Source: Candidatus Babeliales bacterium (GTDB lineage Bacteria; Babelota; Babeliae; Babelales; JANWKD01). Taken from it: 64,000 nucleotides of DNA. Shown here piece after piece: positions 29,501 to 36,264 of the stretch. Positions within the stretch are counted from its first letter, which is position 1. Each line of letters starts with the position of its first letter. A program made the translations under genes and the position numbers. The DNA is taken from positions 1,210,864-1,274,863 of the forward strand of contig CAVRJM010000001.1 of NCBI GenBank assembly GCA_963722075.1, written 5' to 3'. The notes under the pieces were generated by a model that worked only from the letters and a program-made list of their open reading frames with translations, did not search any database and was not told where the DNA came from.

Positions 29501-31789
29501 GGAACGCAAGGCGCAACGGTAGTGAGCAACGTTGGTGGGCAAAGTGCTGCAAATGTAGCGGCAGCTACGGTGCTTGCAAGTGCATCCACAAGTGCAGATA
29601 CGCCAAGTACTATTGTGCGCAGAGATGCATCAGGAAATTTCTCAGCTGGTACAATCACCGCAAATTTAAATGGTAATGCAACCACCGCAACTACGGCAAC
29701 TACTGCAACAACTGCCGGATCGGCAATAAATTTTACGGGATCACTCAGTGGCGATGTAACGGGTACACAGGGAGCAACGGTGGTGAGTTTTGTTGGTGGG
29801 CAAAGCGCAGCAAGCGTAGCAGCAGCAACGACATTAGTTGGAACGGCAACGAGTAATAATATTCCAAGCACCTTAGTATTGCGTGATACATCAGGGAATT
29901 TTAGTGCCGGCACGATTACAGCGAATTTATCAGGGAATGCAACCACCGCAACAACTGCAACCAATTTTACCGGATCGTTATCGGGTGATGTAACGGGCAC
30001 GCAAAGTGCTACGGTGGTAAGTACCGTTGGTGGGCAAAGTGCAGCAAATGTTGCTTCAGCAACGGTGGCAGCAAATGCAGCAACCAATTCTAATACAGCA
30101 AACACCATTGTAAAACGTGATGCGTCAGGAAACTTTAGTGCTGACACAATAACGGCAAATTTAACAGGTAACGTGACGGGTAATTTAAGTGGTAATGCCA
30201 CCACGGCAACAACAGCCGGATCGGCAACAAACTTTACCGGATCACTTGAAGGAGATGTAACCGGAACCCAAGGTGCTACGGTAGTAAGTTCAGTTGGTGG
30301 GCAAACAGCAGCAAACGTGGCAGCAGCCACCGTGCTTGCCAATGCTGCAACCAACGCTGATACGCCAAGCACTATTGTACGCCGTGATGCATCAGGTAAT
30401 TTTAGTGCAGGTACAATTACTGCAAGTCTAAATGGTAATGCTACCACAGCAACCACAGCAACTAGTGCGACAACGGCAACTACCGCAACAAATTTCACTG
30501 GATCACTGAGCGGCGATGTAACGGGAACACAAGGTGCAACGGTGGTTAGTTTTGTGGGTGGGCAAAGCGCAGCAAGCGTAGCAGCAGCAACGTCACTGGT
30601 AAATACTGCTACCAGCAATAATGTAGCAAATACCATTGTAAAACGTGATGCATCAGGAAACTTTAGTGCTGGCACCATTACAGCAAATTTAACCGGTAAT
30701 GCAACCACTGCGACAACAGCAACCAATTTTAGCGGATCGCTATCAGGTGATGTAACGGGCACGCAAGGTGTAACGGTGGTAAGTACTGTTGGTGGGCAAA
30801 GTGCCGCCAATGTAGCATCAGCAACGGTGGCAGCAAACGCAGCAACGAATGCAGATACCGCAAGCACCATTGTAAAACGAGATGCATCAGGCAATTTTAG
30901 CGCTGGCACGATCACCGCAAATCTTACTGGTAACGTTACGGGGAATTTGAGCGGTAATGCAACCACGGCAACAACAGCCGGATCGGCAACAAACTTTACC
31001 GGCTCACTTTCAGGAGATGTAACCGGTACGCAAAGTGCAACGGTGGTCAGTTCAGTTGGCGGACAAAGTGCGGCAAATGTAGCAGCAGCTACCGTACTTG
31101 CCAATGCAGCAACAAGTGCTAATACGCCAAGTGCTATTGTGCGTCGTGATGCTTCGGGGAACTTCTCTGCGGGTGTTATTACGGCATCGCTTACGGGTGG
31201 TGTACTGACGGGGAATTTAACCTTGCCAGCAGGAACGGCAGCAGTGCCATCATTACAATTTTCAGGAAGTACTAATACCGGTATATCAGCACCGGCAGCA
31301 AATACGCTATCACTTGATACCAATGGCACCCAGCGGTTGAGTATTGATTCCACCGGAAGTGTTACGTACCATTCCAATTATAAAATGTATGCTTATTTAT
31401 CATCAAATCAAACTGTTAATGATACTACCGCAACGATTATTTTTAATACCGAATTATTTGATACCAATTCTAATTATAATAATACTACTGGTGTATATAC
31501 GGTACCAGTGACGGGAGTTTACCTAGTTGGCGTTACGGTGAATACCCAATCTTCTCATTCATCAGGTGCAACCCAAACGGTGAATATTGGACTAAACGGG
31601 ACAACTCCAATAACAGGAGCTTCTGTTTCACAAATTTCAAACTCAAGTGCTCAAAAATTGCCGATGACTTTATGCATATTGCTTTCATTAACGGCTGGCA
31701 ATACTATTCAAGTTCAATATACTACAAATCAGGACGATACGATTCAGTCGGGTGATACGCATTTGGCGATTCATTTTATGTCATTCTAA
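20573..31789 (+). CDS. giant secreted fibre-like protein (3,738 aa) with tail-fibre-like repeats, three beta-helix modules and a C1q/TNF-like C-terminal domain
   Basis: A single open frame of 11.2 kb with a Sec-like N-terminus. The PNTIVLRDGSGNF motif occurs 13 times. YYV..GSD.NDGSF.APFRTV.HAV...VGAGIF.ENN occurs three times. The C-terminal pattern IIFNTELFDTNSNYNNTTGVYTVPVTGVYLVGV...TAGNTIQVQY...HLAIHFMSF is C1q-like. Confidence 0.9.
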   Translation: MQFFLLILLTFFVSLYSEGSLKELSSQNSFIEIGVVRAPRPSTTEGGFIGLAGLFTTTPSITEIENIVFNSGFIQGPIASTIDAVPRFANTTGNLLKNSLVLVDDAGNITINGITKNGNTVSWPSIVGAAGTFLGSDGVGNLIYSTPVGSGNVSTALPFTTNDAITTVDILSGSHDIKQTSVTIDSSDNINGINSLNANVVNAPALNGNATSATTAGSFTGVLAGDVTGPQSATVVNFVGGQSAANVAAATVLANAATSSDVPNTLVLRDGSGNFETNMITIDGTVTNPTDVATKQYVDDAVLTGFVIKAPAVAYGASNITLSGLQTIDGVALNSNDRVLLNAQTNPVQNGLWLAQVGAWTRPADFASGTQAERSYVLITLGTVFEGSSWVCATPNAIIDTDPITFIEFSLPNQTTGANVGVGQGQIFQSKTGNTLNFRTILAGPHIVVTNDPNDVMISTDATNADTPNTIVLRDGSGNFSASTITAALTGAASLNVLKAGDTMTGNLNLALQSQLRLQDSTGSGSYVGLDAPAVVPVSYTVNLPASAPTTGQVLQATSPTALQWATVGGSTISEAYYVELSGSDANNGSFSAPFRTVAHAVNVANGVASLANPIVIHVGAGIFVENNSGGPITISADGISIVGSSNSGTTIVPTSLTNDLFNIAAANVEFDNFTISISNSTSTGNAITLSTSSAGLATFNTITIIGAFNNGFNLSTSVGSSSVAFNNILTGGCTTAISLNNMQCVIKNSLFQGSLTTTPANTGFSITGTNSIIYVLGSLLRLCNTALSITGGANIHVIGTTIESSINGIVANGGSIVEMVGDNFSFNSPSSINVFASGANTNVTVDGCQFACADMAGNSQGTAVQATNQGTILLVGSSIEYAVLGIQCGAVSDTSATSIRANATTLIGCTTDIQQLGSSTFRFVGGVFDVNKISIANATNVTFAAFDRTNNETLALGSNADTNQTLFEVLNAQPTLPYLQYMSNYYGAKGPVYVNPNADPTLNGVQAQSNNASYFVVTGDNTKQTGINLFSDTANFGNSDNIRGWGITKVGSSAALTFVYTNNDSSGQALRGSNTVMQLNGFDNQVEFPLATNAPLPTNTVAKLVWAGDTDLYRSAANTLQTDGNLVVGSLTPAGVVHNNNTGLLSTSLIVNADISNSAGITDNKLATISTPGKVANSATTATSANVPNTIVLRDGSGNFAAGTITASLIGAASLNVLKTGDTMTGNLLMANQSQLQFQDSTSGNYVAIDAPTTVAATYTVSLPATAPLSGQVLQATSPTTLTWASVGGSPAVAKTYYVALNGNDSNDGSFDAPFRTVAHAVSVANGVASSANPIEISIIGAGIFIENNSGGPITVTAEGINIIGSSNQATIIMPTTAANDLFSIVVPSAKFEAFQVALSGVGSTGNAVTYNAGPIGVVTIDRVAVNGSFNNAFAINATSGTPTIILNNILCGGCVNAISITNAQCVIKNSIFQGSLTASPANNGISITGTNAIVFCLSNVFKLFANAISVTGGASVRILGSNFESTTNGLAALGDSNLTIVGCNFILNNPSSINIAAAGANTAITVDGCQFQCNDATGNPQGTALKVTTGASILAVGSSITNAVVGIQCGTAGDANTTVMRANATTLIGCTTDIVQTSSSALFFIGGVFDSNKLSFANPANVSFSAFDRTNNDALTLGNDADTNQMLIQVLNGESLFPNWAYRSNYYGTKGVVYENQNSDATFNGVQAQSNNASYFVVTGNNAAQASINLLSDTANFGNPNSENVRGWSIVKTGTSADLAFTYTNNDSSDQALRGSNTVMQLNGFDNQVEFPIATNAPLPTNAVAKLVWAGDTDLYRSTTATLATDGNLIVGALTPAGVVHNSNTGLLSTSLIVNADISPAAGITDDKLATISTPGKVANSATTATSADTPNTIVLRDGSGNFAAGAITASLIGAASLNVLKTGDTMTGNLLMANQSQIQFQDSTSGNYVAIDAPTTVAATYTVSLPANAPTTGQVLQATSPTTLTWASVGGSPAIAETYYVSLAGSDSNDGSFSAPFRTVTHAVNVANGVASLANPIVINVGAGNFVENNTGGPIIISADGISIVGATLVATTIIPASSTVDLFHITTGNVEFQNISLTTPFPGSTASAVVITISSGTPQFNTITVGQFQMGFDLSSSVITNIPTVVFENMQCAGNGTNIIANNINAVIKNSVFQGPLFFGSAANNGIILTGANTQALILSCALKSFDNALQITNAAQARILSVDIESSTTGILCNGVSDASIIGCNFFINNANSINVSVSGAGTNITVEGSHFEGSLAGDTPLGTALQVINGAVLSVDSCAIENVAVGIQCGNPGDTVTTFLEASGVVLSGCTVDIQQNGASKLNFFSGVVDIDKTFINDPTNVSIAAFNDQSELVIGSGANTEHLLYEVLNGQVPRPSLTYEPDYYGKMGTVFVNSNTGQTFNATQAQSDNAAYFVITGDNTKEAGLNLFSDTANFGDPDNVRGWGIIKTGTSADLAFTYTNNDSSGQALRGSNTVMQLNGFDNQVEFPIATNAPLPTNTVAKLIWAGDTDLYRSTTATLATDSNFVVAQNVTISSLTPAGVVHNDNTGLLSTSLIVDADISASANIADTKLATISTPGKVANSATTATSSDVPNTIVLRDGLGNFETNMITIDGTVSNPTDVATKQYVDNAVTTGFVVKTAALVTSTVDVAISGLQTVDGVMLTTSDRVLLVGQTDGVENGLWLAEVGNWMRPTDFSSGTSAGNSYVLTLSGTVNGGSSWICITPTSIIDTNTIEFTQFALASQTTGANVGAGTGQVFQSKTGNVLNFRTLLAGTHMVITTDPNDVAIATDATSANTPNTLVARDASGNFAAATITANLSGNASTATSATNFTGALAGDVTGTQGATVVNFVGGQSAANVSSATVAANAATNSNTPNTIVLRDGSGNFSAGTITANLTGNVTGNLTGNATTATNATTAVNFSGSLNGDVTGTQGATVVSNVGGQSAANVAAATVLASASTSADTPSTIVRRDASGNFSAGTITANLNGNATTATTATTATTAGSAINFTGSLSGDVTGTQGATVVSFVGGQSAASVAAATTLVGTATSNNIPSTLVLRDTSGNFSAGTITANLSGNATTATTATNFTGSLSGDVTGTQSATVVSTVGGQSAANVASATVAANAATNSNTANTIVKRDASGNFSADTITANLTGNVTGNLSGNATTATTAGSATNFTGSLEGDVTGTQGATVVSSVGGQTAANVAAATVLANAATNADTPSTIVRRDASGNFSAGTITASLNGNATTATTATSATTATTATNFTGSLSGDVTGTQGATVVSFVGGQSAASVAAATSLVNTATSNNVANTIVKRDASGNFSAGTITANLTGNATTATTATNFSGSLSGDVTGTQGVTVVSTVGGQSAANVASATVAANAATNADTASTIVKRDASGNFSAGTITANLTGNVTGNLSGNATTATTAGSATNFTGSLSGDVTGTQSATVVSSVGGQSAANVAAATVLANAATSANTPSAIVRRDASGNFSAGVITASLTGGVLTGNLTLPAGTAAVPSLQFSGSTNTGISAPAANTLSLDTNGTQRLSIDSTGSVTYHSNYKMYAYLSSNQTVNDTTATIIFNTELFDTNSNYNNTTGVYTVPVTGVYLVGVTVNTQSSHSSGATQTVNIGLNGTTPITGASVSQISNSSAQKLPMTLCILLSLTAGNTIQVQYTTNQDDTIQSGDTHLAIHFMSF
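21359..21973 (+). repeat. module A, copy 1 (205 aa) of the giant gene
   Basis: PNTLVLRDGSGNFETNMITIDGTVTNPTDVATKQYVDDAV...DRVLLNAQTNPVQNGLWLAQVGAWTRPADF... It is repeated at 28487-29101 with the same length. Confidence 0.85.
21974..28486 (+). repeat. three tandem B units (721, 724 and 726 aa) of the giant gene
   Basis: Unit boundaries fall at 21974, 24137, 26309 and 28487. They were set by the in-frame PNTIVLRDGSGNF motif. The units are diverged but collinear. Confidence 0.85.
28487..29101 (+). repeat. module A, copy 2 (205 aa) of the giant gene
   Basis: PNTIVLRDGLGNFETNMITIDGTVSNPTDVATKQYVDNAV...DRVLLVGQTDGVENGLWLAEVGNWMRPTDF... Confidence 0.85.
29102..31126 (+). repeat. eight short tandem units (78/89/87 aa) with a 254-aa higher-order period
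   Basis: Counted unit lengths are 78,89,87,78,89,87,78,89 aa (675 aa, 2025 bp). The consensus is xxTIVxRDxSGNFSAGTITANLxGN..ATTAT..NFTGSLSGDVTGTQxATVVSxVGGQSAANVAxATV.ANAAT. Confidence 0.85.
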
Positions 31790-31843
31790 TTAAAAATCAA
31801 GAGAAAAGTTTCTATATCATTTCCCTTGATTTTAAGATAGATA

Positions 31844-32287
31844 TTACTTTTTGCGCGGTTTAATTTTCTTGCTAAAATACTCTTGACTAAATTCTTCACT
31901 GGTTTGGTATCCGTCTACTTCTCCTTCACCATCTTGATAGCGAATAGAATTGTTCTTCTTGCAGCATTGAGAAAATGTTTTTGCCATCTCACAACTGCGA
32001 AATATACAACATGATACTATCCCTACCGAAAGACCGAAGACGCTTCCCGTGAATAAAACCAGGGGATCTATATCCGTATATTTATAAAATACTAACGCTT
32101 CTAGCGTTACTGCTGCGGTAAGAGAAGTTCCTGCGCCGAATATTTTCCATAGCCACGCCACTTGAGCAGACCGTTGACTATTAGAGGCAGTTGAATCAAC
32201 CGTATAATCTTCATCTATATATGGTTCCATTCCATAGTTAAGAGTGCTATAAAAAAATAAACAAACAAGAAAAAAGTTTTTTTTCAT
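31844..32287 (-). CDS. membrane protein, hypothetical
   Basis: The track ORF extends to 32356. ATG 32287 (MKKNFFLVCLFFYSTLNYG) starts a signal peptide. Two further hydrophobic segments follow. Confidence 0.5.
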   Translation of the reverse strand: MKKNFFLVCLFFYSTLNYGMEPYIDEDYTVDSTASNSQRSAQVAWLWKIFGAGTSLTAAVTLEALVFYKYTDIDPLVLFTGSVFGLSVGIVSCCIFRSCEMAKTFSQCCKKNNSIRYQDGEGEVDGYQTSEEFSQEYFSKKIKPRKK

Positions 32288-32399
32288 TATGATCCCCTTT
32301 TTATTTGCCCTAAAATCTCTATTAGTATATTTCTTCTGATGAGATAAAATCAGCAATTTAAAAAGAAGAGGTATATTTTTCGTTTGTAGCTTTATTTTA

Positions 32400-33125
32400 T
32401 TATTTTAAAATTGTTTGTTTGATTTCAAAAATTTTCTTAAAAAGTTCAAGGTCTTCTTGATGAGTAAATACAAAATATACTTTTTTAATGAAATGGTGCT
32501 TTCGTTGTGTTTCATTGATAATCGTCTTTATAGCAATTTCAGCGGCTTCTTGTTTGGGGAATCCATAAATGCCACTTGAAATAAAGGGGAAGGCTATAGA
32601 TTCATTCTCTTTATATTCCCCGGCAGATCGAAAGGCTTCTTGGTAACAATTAATTAAAATCTGCTGTGCCTGTTTTTTATCTGAATAAGCCGAATAAATA
32701 GGCCCCACCGCATGTACAATGAACTTAATGCCGTAATTAGCTTCTAAATTAAAACTCGGTGTTATAACGGCTTCTCCTGGCTCTATGCCTTTAGGAAAAT
32801 GAGTTTTAATATATTCTTCTAGGGCGTGTGTTTTGCCTTGTGCAGCTTCAAAAATGGCGCCACAAACGCCGCCACCAGGTAATAGGTATTTATTGGCTGC
32901 ATTTACAATAGCATCAATTGGCAACGTAGTAATATCTTTTTTGATCAATACAAAAGTAACCTTATTGATAATGAATTCATACTGATTAGCTGGTTGCGCT
33001 GTTGAGGCAACGGATTGGTGTTGAATAAGATATTCAGGATCTTTATGATGAAGTGCAAAATCAGGAAGAATGGCATGAGCGGTTTTAAATAAATGCAAAA
33101 AGAAAATAAATGTTAAAGATTTCAT
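32400..33125 (-). CDS. macro domain protein (ADP-ribose binding/hydrolase family) with signal peptide
   Basis: The macro-domain signature AIVNAANKYLLPGGGVCGAIFEAAQG and the later FPFISSGIYGFP are present. The N-terminus MKSLTFIFFLHLFKTAHA is Sec-like. Confidence 0.8.
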   Translation of the reverse strand: MKSLTFIFFLHLFKTAHAILPDFALHHKDPEYLIQHQSVASTAQPANQYEFIINKVTFVLIKKDITTLPIDAIVNAANKYLLPGGGVCGAIFEAAQGKTHALEEYIKTHFPKGIEPGEAVITPSFNLEANYGIKFIVHAVGPIYSAYSDKKQAQQILINCYQEAFRSAGEYKENESIAFPFISSGIYGFPKQEAAEIAIKTIINETQRKHHFIKKVYFVFTHQEDLELFKKIFEIKQTILK

Positions 33126-33249
33126 GATATCACCATTAAAAAAAACTAATTATTATTTCAGTATAGTTTCTATAAGAAGAAAAGAAAAATGGGTGTACTA
33201 TTATGGATACAAAATAATTGTTTAAAAAAATAATAAAAAGGATTGAGAC

Positions 33250-34563
33250 TTGATTATTGATTATGCGAGCTCTTTAGTGCCAATAGCGGACTGCAAAAAA
33301 CGGTTTGATACGTTATTGCCTGAAATTAATATCTGTAAAAAGATTATACAAGATCTTGATTATTCTTCTGGATATTCGTTTCTTAACTTGCCGCAACAAA
33401 ACATAAAACCGATTATAGAAACAATTAATCAAAAAAAAGCATTAAAGCCGTCACTGCTCATTGTTATAGGTATTGGTGGGTCAAATTTGGGAACATTGGC
33501 GGTGCAGGAAGCATTATATGGAAAATTATATAATGATAGTAATCCAGAAATAAAAATATATTATGCCGATACGGTTGATACAGAATATATGACCGCTTTA
33601 CTAACGATAATGGAAAGCTACTTATCTCAACAAAAAGTAATCTTATTAAACGTGGTAACTAAATCAGGAACTACTACCGAGACGGTTGCCAATTTTGAGG
33701 TATTACTGGAGGTATTAATTAAATACTATCCAACTAATTATCGTGATCATGTAGTAGTAACAACTGATAAAGATTCATTATTGTGGAATAAAACAATGGA
33801 AGAAGGATATACGCTTCTAGAGATACCACGCTTTGTTGGTGGTCGTTATTCAGTATTAAGCGTCGTTGGTTTATTTCCATTGGGGATGATCGGATGCGAT
33901 ATACAACAATTGCTCGCTGGGGCTCAATCGATGCTTGATCGATGTACTTCTGCTACTTTTGAAGAAAATAAGGCGGCAACTACCGCAACTATTATGTATG
34001 AACAATATAAGCAATGCATTACAATACAAGACATGTTTTTATTTGTACTACAATTGGAAGGCTTGGGAAAATGGTATCGACAATTAATGGGTGAAAGTAT
34101 CGGCAAAGAATTTGATAAGCATGATAATAAGGTTGAAATCGGCATAACGCCTACGGTGTCAATTGGTTCAATTGATTTACATTCGGTGGGACAACTTTAT
34201 TTAGGTGGTCCACATGATAAAAATAGTACTTTTGTTTCAGTCGAAAAGCACAAGAATAATCTTCTGGTACCAGCTGATGCTTCATTTGATACCTTGGTTC
34301 CGGGCATTAATAATAAATCTTTTGCTGAAATTATGGATGCTATTTTGCAAGGCGTAAAAAAGGCATACCAAAAGCAACGAAGACCATTCATATCGATAAC
34401 ATTATCTGAATGCAATGAGTATTATATAGGTCAATTTTTACAATATAAAATGATAGAAATGGTGTATTTAGGTTACTTACTCAATATAAATCCTTTTGAT
34501 CAACCAAACGTAGAATTATATAAAAAAGAAACGCGTACCATTTTAAATAAAACAATTGTTTAA
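33250..34563 (+). CDS. pgi: glucose-6-phosphate isomerase (short bacterial/archaeal type)
   Basis: 437 aa. Motifs include IGIGGSNLGTLAV, VVTKSGTTTETVANF, GGRYSVLSVVGL and GQLYLGGP. The start is an apparent TTG. Confidence 0.85.
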   Translation: MIIDYASSLVPIADCKKRFDTLLPEINICKKIIQDLDYSSGYSFLNLPQQNIKPIIETINQKKALKPSLLIVIGIGGSNLGTLAVQEALYGKLYNDSNPEIKIYYADTVDTEYMTALLTIMESYLSQQKVILLNVVTKSGTTTETVANFEVLLEVLIKYYPTNYRDHVVVTTDKDSLLWNKTMEEGYTLLEIPRFVGGRYSVLSVVGLFPLGMIGCDIQQLLAGAQSMLDRCTSATFEENKAATTATIMYEQYKQCITIQDMFLFVLQLEGLGKWYRQLMGESIGKEFDKHDNKVEIGITPTVSIGSIDLHSVGQLYLGGPHDKNSTFVSVEKHKNNLLVPADASFDTLVPGINNKSFAEIMDAILQGVKKAYQKQRRPFISITLSECNEYYIGQFLQYKMIEMVYLGYLLNINPFDQPNVELYKKETRTILNKTIV

Positions 34564-34679
34564 GTGTTTAAATTATTGCATACCCTTTATCTAACGATAT
34601 ACTCTTTTAATATTAAACAGGGCAAATGCATTAATGTTAAATATTTAAGCTAAAAAAATTAAAAAGTTTAATTTTTAAT

Positions 34680-34757
34680 CTGGATCCCCACGCTGCGCTC
34701 GGGACGACGATAGTGGAAAACAAAAGACGTTGTTGCGAGCTTGTCGAAGCAATCCAG
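34680..34757. repeat. GC-rich palindromic intergenic element (copy C, permuted arm order)
   Basis: CTGGATCCCCACGCTGCGCTCGGGACGAC-N20-GTTGTTGCGAGCTTGTCGAAGCAATCCAG. It lies between pgi and zwf. Confidence 0.65.
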
Positions 34758-34845
34758 CATTCTATTTAAACCTTTTGAATTCGATACTTTAAATGCGTTT
34801 ACACCCTGGTACTAATCATTAATTATTTGCAAAAATGAGTTTTGT

Positions 34846-36264
34846 ATGGGTAATACGGGAATAACTAATAACGATGGTTTATTTATACTATTTGGTGCTA
34901 CGGGTGATTTATCAAAACGACGAATTCTTCCAGCATTGTATGCATTAAGTTTTCAACATAAAATAGGAAACATTTCTATAATCGGGGTAGGGTTAGAAGA
35001 CCGCTCTTCTTTAGAAGTAATAAATGCAAGTAAGCAGTATATTGAACATCTGGATTCGGCACATTGGGCAGCTTTTGAATCTAGATTTTTTTACTATCAA
35101 ATGGATATAACAAAATCAACTGAATTTCAACAATTTAAACAATTTATTGAGCATCATGAAAAAGAGCATTCTTTTTTGGGTAATCGGTTGATATATTTAG
35201 CAGTTCATCCCAAATTTTTTGCGCCCATAACGCAACAACTAGCGCAAATAAATCTTATCCAAAAAATGGCAAACTTGTCTGATACACCTTGGTGCCGCGT
35301 TGCATATGAAAAACCGTTTGGCCTTGATAAAAAATCTGCTCATGAAATAAATGAAACCATCGCGCATTATTTGCAAGAATTTCAGATATTTCGAGTTGAT
35401 CATTATCTAGCCAAGGATATTATTGGCACTTTAGCTTTGCTACGCTTTACCAATTGCATTTTTGAGCCATTGTGGAATCATGAGCATATTGATTGGATTG
35501 AAATTGCATTAAGTGAGACAGTTGCAATGGGTGGTAGAGGTACTTTTTATGACGCCTGTGGTGCGCTTAAAGATGTAGTGCAAAATCATATGTTGCAAAT
35601 TGTTGCCTTACTTGCGATGGAAGCTCCTGAATTCTTGAGTGGTGATTACATTCGTGAACAAAAATCACTCATTTTAAAAAAAATTGAGCCTGTGGATGGT
35701 TTTCTGGCGCAATATGATGGATATAGAGTTGAAGATGGGGTAAGGCCCAATTCAACTACCGAAACCTTTGCAGCACTTAAATTATTAATTCATACACCGC
35801 GATGGAAAGATGTTCCGTTTTATTTAAGAACGGGCAAAGCATTAAACAAAAAAGAAACTATTATTACTATTCAATTTAAACCAGTTACCTGCTTATTAAG
35901 TACCAATTGCCCCAGCAATGCTGATTACCTTTCTATAAGAGTAATGCCTGAACCAGGATTTTCTATTATGTTAAATGTTAAAAAACCGGGTATGAAAATT
36001 GAAGTGATGCCAGTTGAAATGGATTTTTGTTATGAATGTAAATTTGGCGAAATACCCGAAAATGTATATCAACTAGTACTACAAGAATTATTTATAGGCG
36101 AACAAGGGATATCGGTGCGCTTTGATGAAGTTGAGCGTGCTTGGGAGATCATTGATAAGGTAAAAAAATTATCATTACCATTGTATCATTATGAAAAAGG
36201 CACTCAAGGGCCACGAGAATTGTATGAATTTGCTCAAAAAAATAAAATGAAATGGCGATTATGA
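34846..36264 (+). CDS. zwf: glucose-6-phosphate 1-dehydrogenase
   Basis: Motifs FGATGDLSKRRILPALY (NADP site), EKPFG and RVDHYLAKD (active-site RIDHYLGKE equivalent). Confidence 0.9.
   Translation: MGNTGITNNDGLFILFGATGDLSKRRILPALYALSFQHKIGNISIIGVGLEDRSSLEVINASKQYIEHLDSAHWAAFESRFFYYQMDITKSTEFQQFKQFIEHHEKEHSFLGNRLIYLAVHPKFFAPITQQLAQINLIQKMANLSDTPWCRVAYEKPFGLDKKSAHEINETIAHYLQEFQIFRVDHYLAKDIIGTLALLRFTNCIFEPLWNHEHIDWIEIALSETVAMGGRGTFYDACGALKDVVQNHMLQIVALLAMEAPEFLSGDYIREQKSLILKKIEPVDGFLAQYDGYRVEDGVRPNSTTETFAALKLLIHTPRWKDVPFYLRTGKALNKKETIITIQFKPVTCLLSTNCPSNADYLSIRVMPEPGFSIMLNVKKPGMKIEVMPVEMDFCYECKFGEIPENVYQLVLQELFIGEQGISVRFDEVERAWEIIDKVKKLSLPLYHYEKGTQGPRELYEFAQKNKMKWRL

Noticed and set aside
29035-31377. 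780-aa antisense ORF inside the giant fibre gene. Many shorter antisense ORFs lie between 20617 and 28704.
   Set aside because: It is the reverse complement of the Ala/Thr/Gly/Val-rich repeat codons and gives a low-complexity VAVVA/ALP translation with no start context. The sense frame is one uninterrupted 11.2-kb ORF with recognisable domains.
20573-31789. Interpreting the tail-fibre-like giant gene as part of a prophage or tailocin.
   Set aside because: No capsid, portal, terminase, sheath, tube, baseplate, tape-measure, lysis or integrase genes flank it. The neighbours are a membrane ORF, a macro-domain gene and pgi.
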